A stretch of 64,000 nucleotides of DNA from Planctomycetota bacterium. Its GTDB lineage: Bacteria > Planctomycetota > UBA1135 > UBA2386. The stretch lies in contig OZ245838.1 of NCBI GenBank assembly GCA_965228735.1, forward strand, positions 2,464,001-2,528,000, given 5' to 3'. Both the position numbers and the translations under genes were made by a program. The notes below the pieces were generated by a model. The model saw only the letters and a list, made by a program, of their open reading frames with translations, was not told the DNA's origin and did not search any database. Positions 40,882 through 49,501 of the stretch are shown piece by piece. Every line of letters begins with the position of its first letter. Within the stretch, counting starts at the first letter, position 1.

Positions 40882-43800
40882 ATGGAATCGCTCCGCTGCC
40901 GCCACCGTTCGCCGTTGACCGCCGCTGCCGCGGTCGCGGGCTTCGCACTCACCGCCAACGCACCCGTGACGGGTCAGTCGATCGTGACCAACCTGCAGGC
41001 GACCGCCAACTTCAACCAGACTGCGAGCAGCGGGATCGAGGAGTTCGTGCGGGCCGGCGGCCGCGTGTTCTTCGCGGCGACCGGGCAGCACGGCCGCGAA
41101 CTGTGGGTCAGCGACGGCACGCCCGCGGGCACGCGGGTCACGCTCGACATCCGCACGGGCAGCGACCACAGCGACCCGACGGACCTCGCGCCCATTGGCA
41201 ACTCGGTGGTGTTTGCGGCGTCAGCCGACGGGCTCGGGCGCGAGCTCTGGATCTCCGACGGCACGCCCGCCGGGACCGGGCTCGTCCGTGACATCAACCC
41301 GGGCGGCGGCAGCAGCAACGTGCGCTACATCGCATCGCGCGGCAGCACGGCGCTGTTCGTCGCGAACAACGGCGTGACCGGGAACGAGATCTGGCGCACG
41401 GACGGGACCGAGGCCGGCACGTATCTCGTCGTCGACATCGTCGGCGGCCCGGGAACGGCCGACCCGCGCGATCTCGTCACGGCCGGCAGCCTCGTGTACT
41501 TCACGGCGGCGTCGCCGGGCAACGGCCGCGAGCTCTGGCGCACGAACGGCTCCCCGGCCGGCACGTTCCGGATCGCGGACCTGTCACCCGGCACGTCGTC
41601 GTCGAACCCGACCGACCTCGTGCCGTTCGGTAGCGGCCTGCTGTTCGTCGCCGACGACGGCACGCACGGCGACGAGCTCTTTCTCACCGACGGCCAGACG
41701 ATCACGCTGCTCGCCGACGTGCGCCCAGGGCCGACGTCGTCGCAACCCCGCGATCTCGCGGCAGGCACGACCAGGGCGTTCTTCACGGCCGACGACGGCA
41801 GCAGCGGCCGCGAGCTTTGGTGCACGGACGGCACGCCCGCGGGCACGCACCTCGTGACCGACATCCGCGCGGGCGCGATCTCGTCCAACCCCGGCGAACT
41901 GCGCGCGATCGGCGACACCGTCTGGTTCGCCGCGCACGACGGCGTGAACGGGCTCGAACCCTGGCGCTCCGACGGCACGCCCGCCGGCACGCACCTCGTG
42001 GCCGACGTCCGCAGCTCCGGCAGCTCGTCGCCGACCGATTTCGTCGCGGTCGGCAGCGAGGTCTGGTTCTCGGCGTTCGACAACGGCGTCGGACGCGAGG
42101 TGTTCCGCTCCGACGGCACGAGCGTCGGCACCTCGATCGTCATCGACTTCCTCGGCGTGCAGTCGAGCAGCCCCGCGGACCTGATCCCCTACCAGCCCAA
42201 TGGCGCCAACCCCGGCGTGCTGTGCACCGGCCTCGACCAGGGCACCGGGCGCGAGCTGTTCTTCGTCGACGGCACGCCCGCGTGGAGCGGTCTCGTGCGC
42301 GATCTGCGACCGGCCGTCGGCCGCTCCGAACCGCGCGACTTCGTCGCCCTGCCCGGCGGTGCCGCGTTCATCGCACTGGATTCGACCCACGGCTCGGAGG
42401 TCCGATTCACGGACGGTACGCCCGCGGGAACGGCCACGGTCGACGTGATGCCGGGGACGGGCAGCTCGGTGCCGACGCACCTCGGCGCGGCCGGCAACCG
42501 CATCTTCTGGCAGGCCAACGACGGCACGAACGGGCGCGAGCTCTGGAGCGCGAGCGTCGCCGCACCGGCACCCATGATGCTGACGAACACGATCGGAGTG
42601 CAGGGCGTCGAACCCGAACAGATGACCGCGGCCGGCAACGTGATCGTCTTCACCGGGGTCTCCGGGCCCGGTCGCGAGCTGTGGACCTCGGACGGCACCG
42701 CCGCTGGCACGAGCCAACTCGTCGACCTCAACCCGGGGACGAGTTCGAGCAACCTGCAAGACCTGACGAGCGGCGGCGCTTTCGTCGCGGCGCGCGGCTA
42801 CGACGGCACCACCGGCGAGGAGTTGCACGTGACGGACGGCACGGTGGCGGGCACGCTGTCCTTCGACATTCGACCGGGGCCGCTCGGCTCGTCCCCCCGC
42901 TGGCTGACCCGGGCCGGCGACCGGGTCTGGTTCCGCGCCAACGACGGCAGCAACGGCGCCGAGCTCTGGGTCACCGACGGCACCGTCGCGGGCACCAAGC
43001 TCGTGCACGACATCAACCCCGGGCCGGCCAGCAGCGGCCCCGAGAACATCACCCCCGGTGGCGGCGGCGTGTTCTTCACCGCCGACGACGGCAACACCGG
43101 CCGCGAGCTGTGGTTCTCGGACGGCACCCCGTCCGGCACGCAGCTCGTCGTCAACGCGGCGACTGGCGCCCAGAGTTCGGTCTACCAACCGCTGCACGGC
43201 GCGGCCGGCGGCGTGTTCTTCGCGCGTGACACCGCTGCTGCCGGCGTCGAGCTGTGGTACTGCGACGGCAGCGGCGCCGGCAGTCCGACGATGGTGCGTG
43301 ACATCGCGCCCGGTCCGGCGGACGGCGTCGTGAAGGAATCACTCACGCCGATCCTCGGCGGCGCCCTGCTGCTGTTCGCGGCCAACGACCTGCAGAACGG
43401 TCTGCAGCTGTGGATCAGCGACGGCACCGCCCCGGGCACGACCCGGGTGTCGACGTTCGGCAACGGCGGCGCTGGCGCGGTCGAGCTCTCGGAGTTCCTC
43501 GCGGTCGGCTCGCGCGTGTTCTTCCGCGCCGACGACGGCGTGCAGGGCAGCGAACCGTGGGTGCTCGCGCTCGGCGCGAGCGGCGTCGCGTTCACGCTCG
43601 AGTACGGCACGGGGTGCGCGGGCATCGGCAACCCGGTGCCGGACATCGCGGCGAGCGGCGGCCTGCCGGTGCTCGGCAACGCCGGCTTCGGCGTCAGCCT
43701 GCACGGCGCGCCGCCGAGCGCGCTCGCGTTCCTCGTGTTCGGCTTCGCACCGGCGAGCGCGAGCCTCAACAACGCCTGCACGCGTTACATGCAGGTCCCG

Positions 43801-43986
43801 TTGCTCAACTACGGCGTGCTCATCACCGACGCCGCAGGCAGCGCGACCGCGCCGCTCGCCATCCCGAACAACCCGGCGCTCGCCGGCGTCAACACGTTCG
43901 GGCAGTGGGCCGTCGTGGTCACGGGCGGCCGCTTCCTCGGCACGTTCGACTTCACGAACGGACTGCAGATCCAGATGGGGATCTGA
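40882..43986 (+). CDS. Secreted ELWxxDGT-repeat propeller protein with the shared CTD
   Basis: More than a dozen GRELWxSDGTxAGTxLVxDIxPG repeats; CTD YGTGC...PVLGN...NAC...IPNNPALAG...GQW...TNGLQIQMGI. Confidence 0.92.
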   Translation: MESLRCRHRSPLTAAAAVAGFALTANAPVTGQSIVTNLQATANFNQTASSGIEEFVRAGGRVFFAATGQHGRELWVSDGTPAGTRVTLDIRTGSDHSDPTDLAPIGNSVVFAASADGLGRELWISDGTPAGTGLVRDINPGGGSSNVRYIASRGSTALFVANNGVTGNEIWRTDGTEAGTYLVVDIVGGPGTADPRDLVTAGSLVYFTAASPGNGRELWRTNGSPAGTFRIADLSPGTSSSNPTDLVPFGSGLLFVADDGTHGDELFLTDGQTITLLADVRPGPTSSQPRDLAAGTTRAFFTADDGSSGRELWCTDGTPAGTHLVTDIRAGAISSNPGELRAIGDTVWFAAHDGVNGLEPWRSDGTPAGTHLVADVRSSGSSSPTDFVAVGSEVWFSAFDNGVGREVFRSDGTSVGTSIVIDFLGVQSSSPADLIPYQPNGANPGVLCTGLDQGTGRELFFVDGTPAWSGLVRDLRPAVGRSEPRDFVALPGGAAFIALDSTHGSEVRFTDGTPAGTATVDVMPGTGSSVPTHLGAAGNRIFWQANDGTNGRELWSASVAAPAPMMLTNTIGVQGVEPEQMTAAGNVIVFTGVSGPGRELWTSDGTAAGTSQLVDLNPGTSSSNLQDLTSGGAFVAARGYDGTTGEELHVTDGTVAGTLSFDIRPGPLGSSPRWLTRAGDRVWFRANDGSNGAELWVTDGTVAGTKLVHDINPGPASSGPENITPGGGGVFFTADDGNTGRELWFSDGTPSGTQLVVNAATGAQSSVYQPLHGAAGGVFFARDTAAAGVELWYCDGSGAGSPTMVRDIAPGPADGVVKESLTPILGGALLLFAANDLQNGLQLWISDGTAPGTTRVSTFGNGGAGAVELSEFLAVGSRVFFRADDGVQGSEPWVLALGASGVAFTLEYGTGCAGIGNPVPDIAASGGLPVLGNAGFGVSLHGAPPSALAFLVFGFAPASASLNNACTRYMQVPLLNYGVLITDAAGSATAPLAIPNNPALAGVNTFGQWAVVVTGGRFLGTFDFTNGLQIQMGI

Positions 43987-44036
43987 GAATGGCCCTCACC
44001 GCAGCCACTTCGACCGGCGGCGGTGAGGGCGCCGAG

Positions 44037-44483
44037 CTACTGCTCGGCCTGCGCGCTGCGATGCACGTAGCGCTCGCCCTGCGGCTGCCAGGCGAACTGA
44101 TCCTGCACCTGCGCGAACGCGCTGAGGATCGCGGTCTCCATCTCGGCGTCGGTGAAGCCGCCGGATTCGTTCGCGGCCTTGGCCTTGTCGCTCACGACCT
44201 CACCGGCGAGCTTGCCGACGACGTTGTTGCCGAGCAGGCTGCGCAGCGTGCGCGTCACGGACCGCTGCACGGACTTGATCGCCGCCGTGCGGAACCGCGA
44301 CCGCGCCTTGGTGGCGAGCGCGTTGTCGTTCGCCGCCACGACGTCGACCGTCACGGTCGCGGCCTTGCCGGTTGCCGGGCACTCGAACTGGACGGCGAGC
44401 CGCGGCCCGCGCTGCTGCGTCGAGCGCACGAGGTCCCGGATGCGGGAGAAATCGGATTCGGTGGATCGGGGAGTGTTCATCAT
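44037..44483 (-). CDS. Hypothetical protein
   Basis: 148-aa ORF with coding-like GC3 bias, downstream of the flagellin gene; no recognised motif. Confidence 0.6.
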   Translation of the reverse strand: MMNTPRSTESDFSRIRDLVRSTQQRGPRLAVQFECPATGKAATVTVDVVAANDNALATKARSRFRTAAIKSVQRSVTRTLRSLLGNNVVGKLAGEVVSDKAKAANESGGFTDAEMETAILSAFAQVQDQFAWQPQGERYVHRSAQAEQ

Positions 44484-44544
44484 GTTCGTCCTCGTCCGAA
44501 GAAGCGCCGCCCCGCGCGCGACAGGACCGTGAATCCCGCCTCGG

Positions 44545-44633
44545 CTTGTGCGTACGGAACCTTGTGCGTACGGAACCTGGTTCATGCTGCCGGCCTCGAG
44601 AGCGGCTGGCAGCATGAACCAGGCTCCGTACGC
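44545..44633. repeat. 30-bp-arm inverted repeat (44566-44595 / 44604-44633) preceded by a 16-bp tandem duplication
   Basis: GCGTACGGAACCTGGTTCATGCTGCCGGCC against its reverse complement with 2 differences and an 8-nt loop; CTTGTGCGTACGGAAC at 44545 and 44561. Confidence 0.9.
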
Positions 44634-44640
44634 CGGGTTT

Positions 44641-45468
44641 CTAGCCGATCAGCTGGAGGGCGAGCTGGGGTTGCGCGTTGGCCTGGGCGAGCATCGCGAC
44701 CGCGGCCTGTTGCAGGATCTGGTTGCGCGCGAGATCGGCGGTCTCCTGGGCGATGTCGACGTCGCGGATGCGGGAGTCGGCGGCCGTGAGGTTCTCGGCC
44801 TGGATGCCGAGGAAACGAACCGTGCTCTCCAGCCGGTTCTGCATCGCGCCGAACTTGCCGCGCAGGCCGGAGACGTCGTCGATCGCCGAATCGATCGCGT
44901 CGAGCGCGGACGATGCCGCCAGGCTGTTCGTCACGCCGAGCACGTCGAGGCCGAGCGACGTGGCCAGCGCGGGCGCGAGGCTCGCGGCCAGCGTGTCGAT
45001 GCCGCTGCTCGTCCCGGCCCCGATCTGGAACGAGACCGTCGATGACGATCCGTCGAGCAGGCGGATGCCGTTGAACTCGCTGCTGCGACCGAGCCGGTCG
45101 ATCTCGTCGACGAGGGACTGGAACTCCTCGTCGAGCGTCGCGCGATCCTGTTCGGAGACCGAACCGTTGCTGGCCTGGATCGCGAGCTCGCGCAGCCGGA
45201 TGAGGATGTTCGAGGTCTCGTTGAGCGACCCTTCCGCGGTGCGCACGAGCGAGATCCCGTCCGCGGCGTTGCGCTTCGCCTGCTGCAGGGAGCGCACCTG
45301 GGCACGCAGCCGCTCGGAGATCGCGAGCCCGGCCGCGTCGTCGGCCGCACTCGCGATGCGCAGTCCGGTGGACAGCCGCCGGTAGTTGCCAGCCAGCCGC
45401 TCCGTGACCGTCGCCAGACCGCGCTGGGCGACGAGCGAGAGCACGTTGGTGTTGATGCGGAGGCCCAT
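44641..45468 (-). CDS. fliC: Flagellin, minimal (275 aa, D0/D1 only)
   Basis: MGLRINTN, RLSTGLRIASAADDAAGLAISE, RLRELAIQASNG, FQIG, GAMQNRLE, SRIRDVDIAQE, ILQQAAVAMLAQAN. Confidence 0.96.
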   Translation of the reverse strand: MGLRINTNVLSLVAQRGLATVTERLAGNYRRLSTGLRIASAADDAAGLAISERLRAQVRSLQQAKRNAADGISLVRTAEGSLNETSNILIRLRELAIQASNGSVSEQDRATLDEEFQSLVDEIDRLGRSSEFNGIRLLDGSSSTVSFQIGAGTSSGIDTLAASLAPALATSLGLDVLGVTNSLAASSALDAIDSAIDDVSGLRGKFGAMQNRLESTVRFLGIQAENLTAADSRIRDVDIAQETADLARNQILQQAAVAMLAQANAQPQLALQLIG

Positions 45469-45490
45469 GGCGGAAGCGCGGTCGTCGAGA

Positions 45491-45518
45491 CCATCGACCC
45501 CCCGTGTCCGACTGCTGA
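45491..45518 (-). promoter_or_regulatory. Possible sigma-28 (FliA)-like promoter for flagellin
   Basis: TCAG-N16-GTCGATGG, 22 nt upstream of the flagellin ATG, versus consensus TAAA-N15-GCCGATAA; imperfect match. Confidence 0.35.
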
Positions 45519-45590
45519 ACGGCGCGGGCAGGGCGCCCTCCCATCGCTCCTTCGGCCTACGTGACCCTTCGGGCTGCCCGACCCTGCGGG

Positions 45591-46283
45591 CTACGATTGA
45601 CGTCCCAGCTCGGACTCTTCCGCCTCGTCGAGCGACTGCCGCCAGTCACCCTCGCGCAACAGCGACAGCTTGTCCGCGAGGCGCGGCAACGCGCGGCGAA
45701 ACCGCTTGCGCACGGCCTCGTCACCGAGGTTCAGGACCGTGCCGATCTCCGCGAACGTCTTGCCCTCCCAGACCCGCAGGCGGATCACCTCGCGGTCGTC
45801 CGGCGGCAGCATCTCGAGCGCGAGGCGCATCCACTCGGCGCGTTCGTTGCGTTCGACGTGGGTCGGCGGCTGGGTCACGGACCGCGCCGCGTTGCCGAGA
45901 ACGAGAACGGAGTCGGTGGGCAGCGCGCGCTGTTTGCGGACGTCGCGGCGGTCCCGGTGCATGTGCCGGAACCGATCGCGCAGGTTGTTCTCGACGATGC
46001 GCGCCAACAGCGCGCGGAACGCGGCGCGGTTCTCGATGGCGAAGCGCGGGCCATCGCGCAGCACCTCGACCATCGCCTCCTGCACGAAGTCGTGGGTGTC
46101 GCCGTCGCGGCGCAAGACGCCCGAGAGCTTCTTGCGCACGTGGCGTTCGATCCACGGCAGGTGCTCGGTCACGAGGCGCTGCAACGCCGCTTCGTCGCCG
46201 CGATGGACGAGCAGCACCTGCATCGAGATGGAGTCTTCGTTCGGATCCGTCACGGACTCGTTCTTCACTGGCTCGTCGATCAC
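45591..46283 (-). CDS. ECF RNA polymerase sigma factor (kinase-associated)
   Basis: GDEAALQRL, LRRDGDTHDFVQE, ALEMLPPDDREVIRLR..EGKTFAEIG...AVRKRFRRAL; GTG start overlaps the kinase stop (GTGA). Confidence 0.9.
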   Translation of the reverse strand: MIDEPVKNESVTDPNEDSISMQVLLVHRGDEAALQRLVTEHLPWIERHVRKKLSGVLRRDGDTHDFVQEAMVEVLRDGPRFAIENRAAFRALLARIVENNLRDRFRHMHRDRRDVRKQRALPTDSVLVLGNAARSVTQPPTHVERNERAEWMRLALEMLPPDDREVIRLRVWEGKTFAEIGTVLNLGDEAVRKRFRRALPRLADKLSLLREGDWRQSLDEAEESELGRQS

Positions 46284-49249
46284 TGGCTCACCCGCTCACG
46301 CAGGGCGCGGAAGTCCGCGCGGTTGGACAGGCTCTGGAAGCGCTCGTCGGCGAGCCACCGGCGCGCCTCCTTGGCGCTGACCCGCGCCATCTGTTCGAGC
46401 GCGGCCACGGCGGCTCGCGCGTGCTCGTCGGCGCCCGACTGCCGAGCCGCGACGGTCGCCGCCTCCGCCGCGAGCCGGATCACTCCCGGATGCCGCGAGA
46501 AGTTCTTCACCGCCTCGGCAGTTGCCGCGACCGCGTCGTCGCCCCGGCCGAGATGCGCGAGCGCGAACGCGAGCTGGCTCTGGTGCGTGCCGAGGAACTT
46601 GCGCGCCCGAGAATGCTCGGGCTCGTGCTGCAGCGCCTCGGTCTGCATCGCGATCGCGCGACGCGCGAAGCCCTCGGCCGCCGCATGATCCCGCTGCTCG
46701 TTCGCCAACGCCGCCAGGCTGCTCCACGCGGCTCCGACGTCGACGCGGAAGTCGTTCTTCTCGGGCTGCTCGGCGATGAGCTGCTCGAGCGACTCGCAGG
46801 CTCCGTGCAACAGCTCGCGCGCGTCGTCGGCATCCTTGCCGTCCGTGCGGAGAAGGATGCAGTTGGCGAGCTGGGTGTCGATGTTGGCCCGGAGCATGCG
46901 ATCCATCCACGAATCGCGCCCCGCCGTGCTCAAGTCGTTCCCCGCGCGCCGCAGCAGCGCCTCGGCCTCGTCCAGCTTCCGCTTGCCGATCAACAGCGTC
47001 CCCAGGCGCAGGCGACTGTGCGTGACCGCCCGATGCAGGTGGGTGGCGCCGGGGAAGCTCGCGAGCAGAACGGCGCCGGTGTCGATCGCTCGACGCAGCC
47101 GAATCAGAGCGTCCGGTCTCCGACCCTGTCGATAGAGCACCTCGCCCTGGCCGGCGATCGACATCGTGCGCTCCATCACGAACTGCGCGTCACCGGTCAC
47201 GTTCTCCGTCGCCGCGACGACGACGTCGAAGTACGGCGCGGCTTCGTCGAGCCGGCCGGTCCAGAGCAGGACGTAGCCGAGCGTGCACGACGCCCGCAGT
47301 CGAGTCAGACGGGCCGCGCGCGTCGGCGGGTCGCCGGCCTCGTCGAGGACCGACAGGGCTTCGCGCGTCAACCGCTCGGCTTCCAATCGATGGCGCGCGG
47401 AGCGCCCGAGCGGCCGCGCGTGGGTGACGAGCGTGCTCGCGTACTCGACCGACGCCGCGGTCGCGCACTCGGGATCCGCCATCAACTTGCGCCAGTGCTC
47501 CACCGCTGCGCGGAACTCCTCACCGGCGCCGAACGGGTCGCTGCGCACCCGGAAGAGCAGCCGCTGCCGGAGCAGATGGCCCCGCAGCAGCTCGCGCCGC
47601 TGCGTCGACGCTTCGTCCGGATCGCGATCCAGCAGTTCGAGCGCGCGCGCGTTCGTTCCGAGCGCGCCCTCGGTGTTGTCGAGGCTGAGGTTGATGTTCG
47701 CCAGCGCGCGATAGGCTTCGGCGACCTCGAGGTAGCGCGTCGGCCTGTCCTCCTGCATCGCGAGGAACTGCTCGCACAGCTGGACGACGCCGTCGACCCG
47801 CGACTGCTTCTCGATGGGCGGCGCGAGCTGCCGCGACAGGTTCTCGGCCAGCATCCGGACCGTCCCGTTGAGGCTGGCGAACGCGACCTTCGCGGCGTCG
47901 TCGAGCTTGTCGCGTTCGGCCTCGACCGCGATGCGGGTCTGCTGCTCGTGCACCGCGTAGCCGATCGGCGCGCCGATGACGAGCAGCGACGCCGTGGCCC
48001 ACAGCGCGACCGTCGACCGATGCCGCCGCAGCCACTTGCCGCACCGCACCACCGTCGTCGGTGGAGTGGCGAGGATCGGCTCGATGCGCAGGAAGCGCCG
48101 CAGATCCGCGGCCATCTCGCCCGCGCTCGGGTAGCGGTCGGCCGGCGCCAGCTCCATCGCCTTCTCGCAGATCGTGCGCAGGTCCCGCGGCACGCCGACG
48201 GCCGCCCGGGACAGCGGCACGAAGTTGCCGGTCTCGACGTTGTTCAGAATCTCACGGGTCGAGCCGCCGACGAACGGACGCTTGCCGGACAGCAGTTCGT
48301 AGAGCACGACGCCGAGCGAGAAGACGTCGCTCGCCGGACCGGTGTCGCGGCCGAGCACCTGCTCGGGGCTGCAGTAGAACGGCGTGCCGAGGAACTCGGC
48401 CGTGACCGACTCGACGTCCGGCTCCTCGAGCTTGACGAGGCCGAAGTCGAGCAGCTTCACGCTGCCGTCGTCGCCGACCATGATGTTGTGCGGCTTGACG
48501 TCACGATGAACGAGGCCGTGCTCGTGCGCGTGCTGCAACGCGTCACCGACGCGCGCCGCGAGTTCGGCGGCCTCGGCCATCCGGCTGCAGTCGGCACGCA
48601 GGCCGAACCGCGGTTCCTGCATCAGGCTCTGCAGCGGCTTGCCCTCGAGGAACTCCATCGTGAAGTAGTGCCGGCCGCGCCATTCCCCCACCTCGTAGAT
48701 CGGCACGATGCCGGGGTGCTGCAGCCGCGACGCGGCGACGGCCTCGCGCCGGAAGCGCGCGATCGCGCGCACCGACCACGTCAGGTGTTCGTGCAGCAGC
48801 TTGAGCGCGACGCGGCGTCGCAGCGAGACCTGTTCGGCCTCGTAGACGGTGCCCATGCCGCCGCGGCCGAGCTGCCGAACGATGCGATAGTCGCCGAGGA
48901 TCTGCCCGGGCGTCGGCGCGACCTCCTGCGCCGGTCGGGTGTCGGACAGTTCGAGCTCGCCCGCGGCCAGGCCCTCGGCGACCATCGGCTCGAGCAGCTC
49001 GCGCAAACCGGCGTTTCGGTCGAGGAACTCGGCGGCCGAGGCCTCGCCGGAGTCCTCGCGGAACTCGAGAAACGCGTCCATCGCGTCGCCGAGCCGGTCG
49101 ACGCGCCGATCGAGCTCGCTCTGGCCACCCCCGTCGGCCGCAGCGGCGTCGGCCGCACCCGCGGCCGCCAACCGGGCATCGACCGGATCAGCCTCGAGTG
49201 ACCGACCGTTCTGGCCGGCACGGGTCACGGGATCGTCGGGTTCGGTCAT
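46280..49249 (-). CDS. Hanks-type Ser/Thr protein kinase with C-terminal TPR-like repeats
   Basis: GRGGMGTVY, VALK, HRDVKPHN, DFG, GTPFYCSPEQ, DVFSLG; one hydrophobic helix followed by helical repeats. Confidence 0.92.
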   Translation of the reverse strand: MTEPDDPVTRAGQNGRSLEADPVDARLAAAGAADAAAADGGGQSELDRRVDRLGDAMDAFLEFREDSGEASAAEFLDRNAGLRELLEPMVAEGLAAGELELSDTRPAQEVAPTPGQILGDYRIVRQLGRGGMGTVYEAEQVSLRRRVALKLLHEHLTWSVRAIARFRREAVAASRLQHPGIVPIYEVGEWRGRHYFTMEFLEGKPLQSLMQEPRFGLRADCSRMAEAAELAARVGDALQHAHEHGLVHRDVKPHNIMVGDDGSVKLLDFGLVKLEEPDVESVTAEFLGTPFYCSPEQVLGRDTGPASDVFSLGVVLYELLSGKRPFVGGSTREILNNVETGNFVPLSRAAVGVPRDLRTICEKAMELAPADRYPSAGEMAADLRRFLRIEPILATPPTTVVRCGKWLRRHRSTVALWATASLLVIGAPIGYAVHEQQTRIAVEAERDKLDDAAKVAFASLNGTVRMLAENLSRQLAPPIEKQSRVDGVVQLCEQFLAMQEDRPTRYLEVAEAYRALANINLSLDNTEGALGTNARALELLDRDPDEASTQRRELLRGHLLRQRLLFRVRSDPFGAGEEFRAAVEHWRKLMADPECATAASVEYASTLVTHARPLGRSARHRLEAERLTREALSVLDEAGDPPTRAARLTRLRASCTLGYVLLWTGRLDEAAPYFDVVVAATENVTGDAQFVMERTMSIAGQGEVLYRQGRRPDALIRLRRAIDTGAVLLASFPGATHLHRAVTHSRLRLGTLLIGKRKLDEAEALLRRAGNDLSTAGRDSWMDRMLRANIDTQLANCILLRTDGKDADDARELLHGACESLEQLIAEQPEKNDFRVDVGAAWSSLAALANEQRDHAAAEGFARRAIAMQTEALQHEPEHSRARKFLGTHQSQLAFALAHLGRGDDAVAATAEAVKNFSRHPGVIRLAAEAATVAARQSGADEHARAAVAALEQMARVSAKEARRWLADERFQSLSNRADFRALRERVSQ

Positions 49250-49501
49250 CCGCTTCGAGGGCTCGGTAGCGGTGGCGACGGGCCACCGAATCGGTCCGGG
49301 ATATTACCGCGAAAGCGGCTCCGTCCCGCCCCCGGGAGCGTCACCCGATCGGGCAGCGGACACGAAATCACGGCCTGCCGCAGATTCCTCGATTTCGGCC
49401 GGGCGCTGTCCGGTCCGGCCGCCCGTCGGCGATCCGGGGAACGCGTTTCCCTGAGTCCACAACCCGGATCCGACCGCCGGATCCACCACCGGAATCGAAC
49501 C

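Noticed and set aside
40980..43570. Recurrent DNA motifs in the ELWxxDGT and WDG propeller genes as nucleotide repeat elements
   Set aside because: Explained by protein-level repeats with synonymous divergence
49461..49500. Three loose CCGGATCC-like repeats before the 49502 start
   Set aside because: Short, GC-rich and degenerate; could arise by chance
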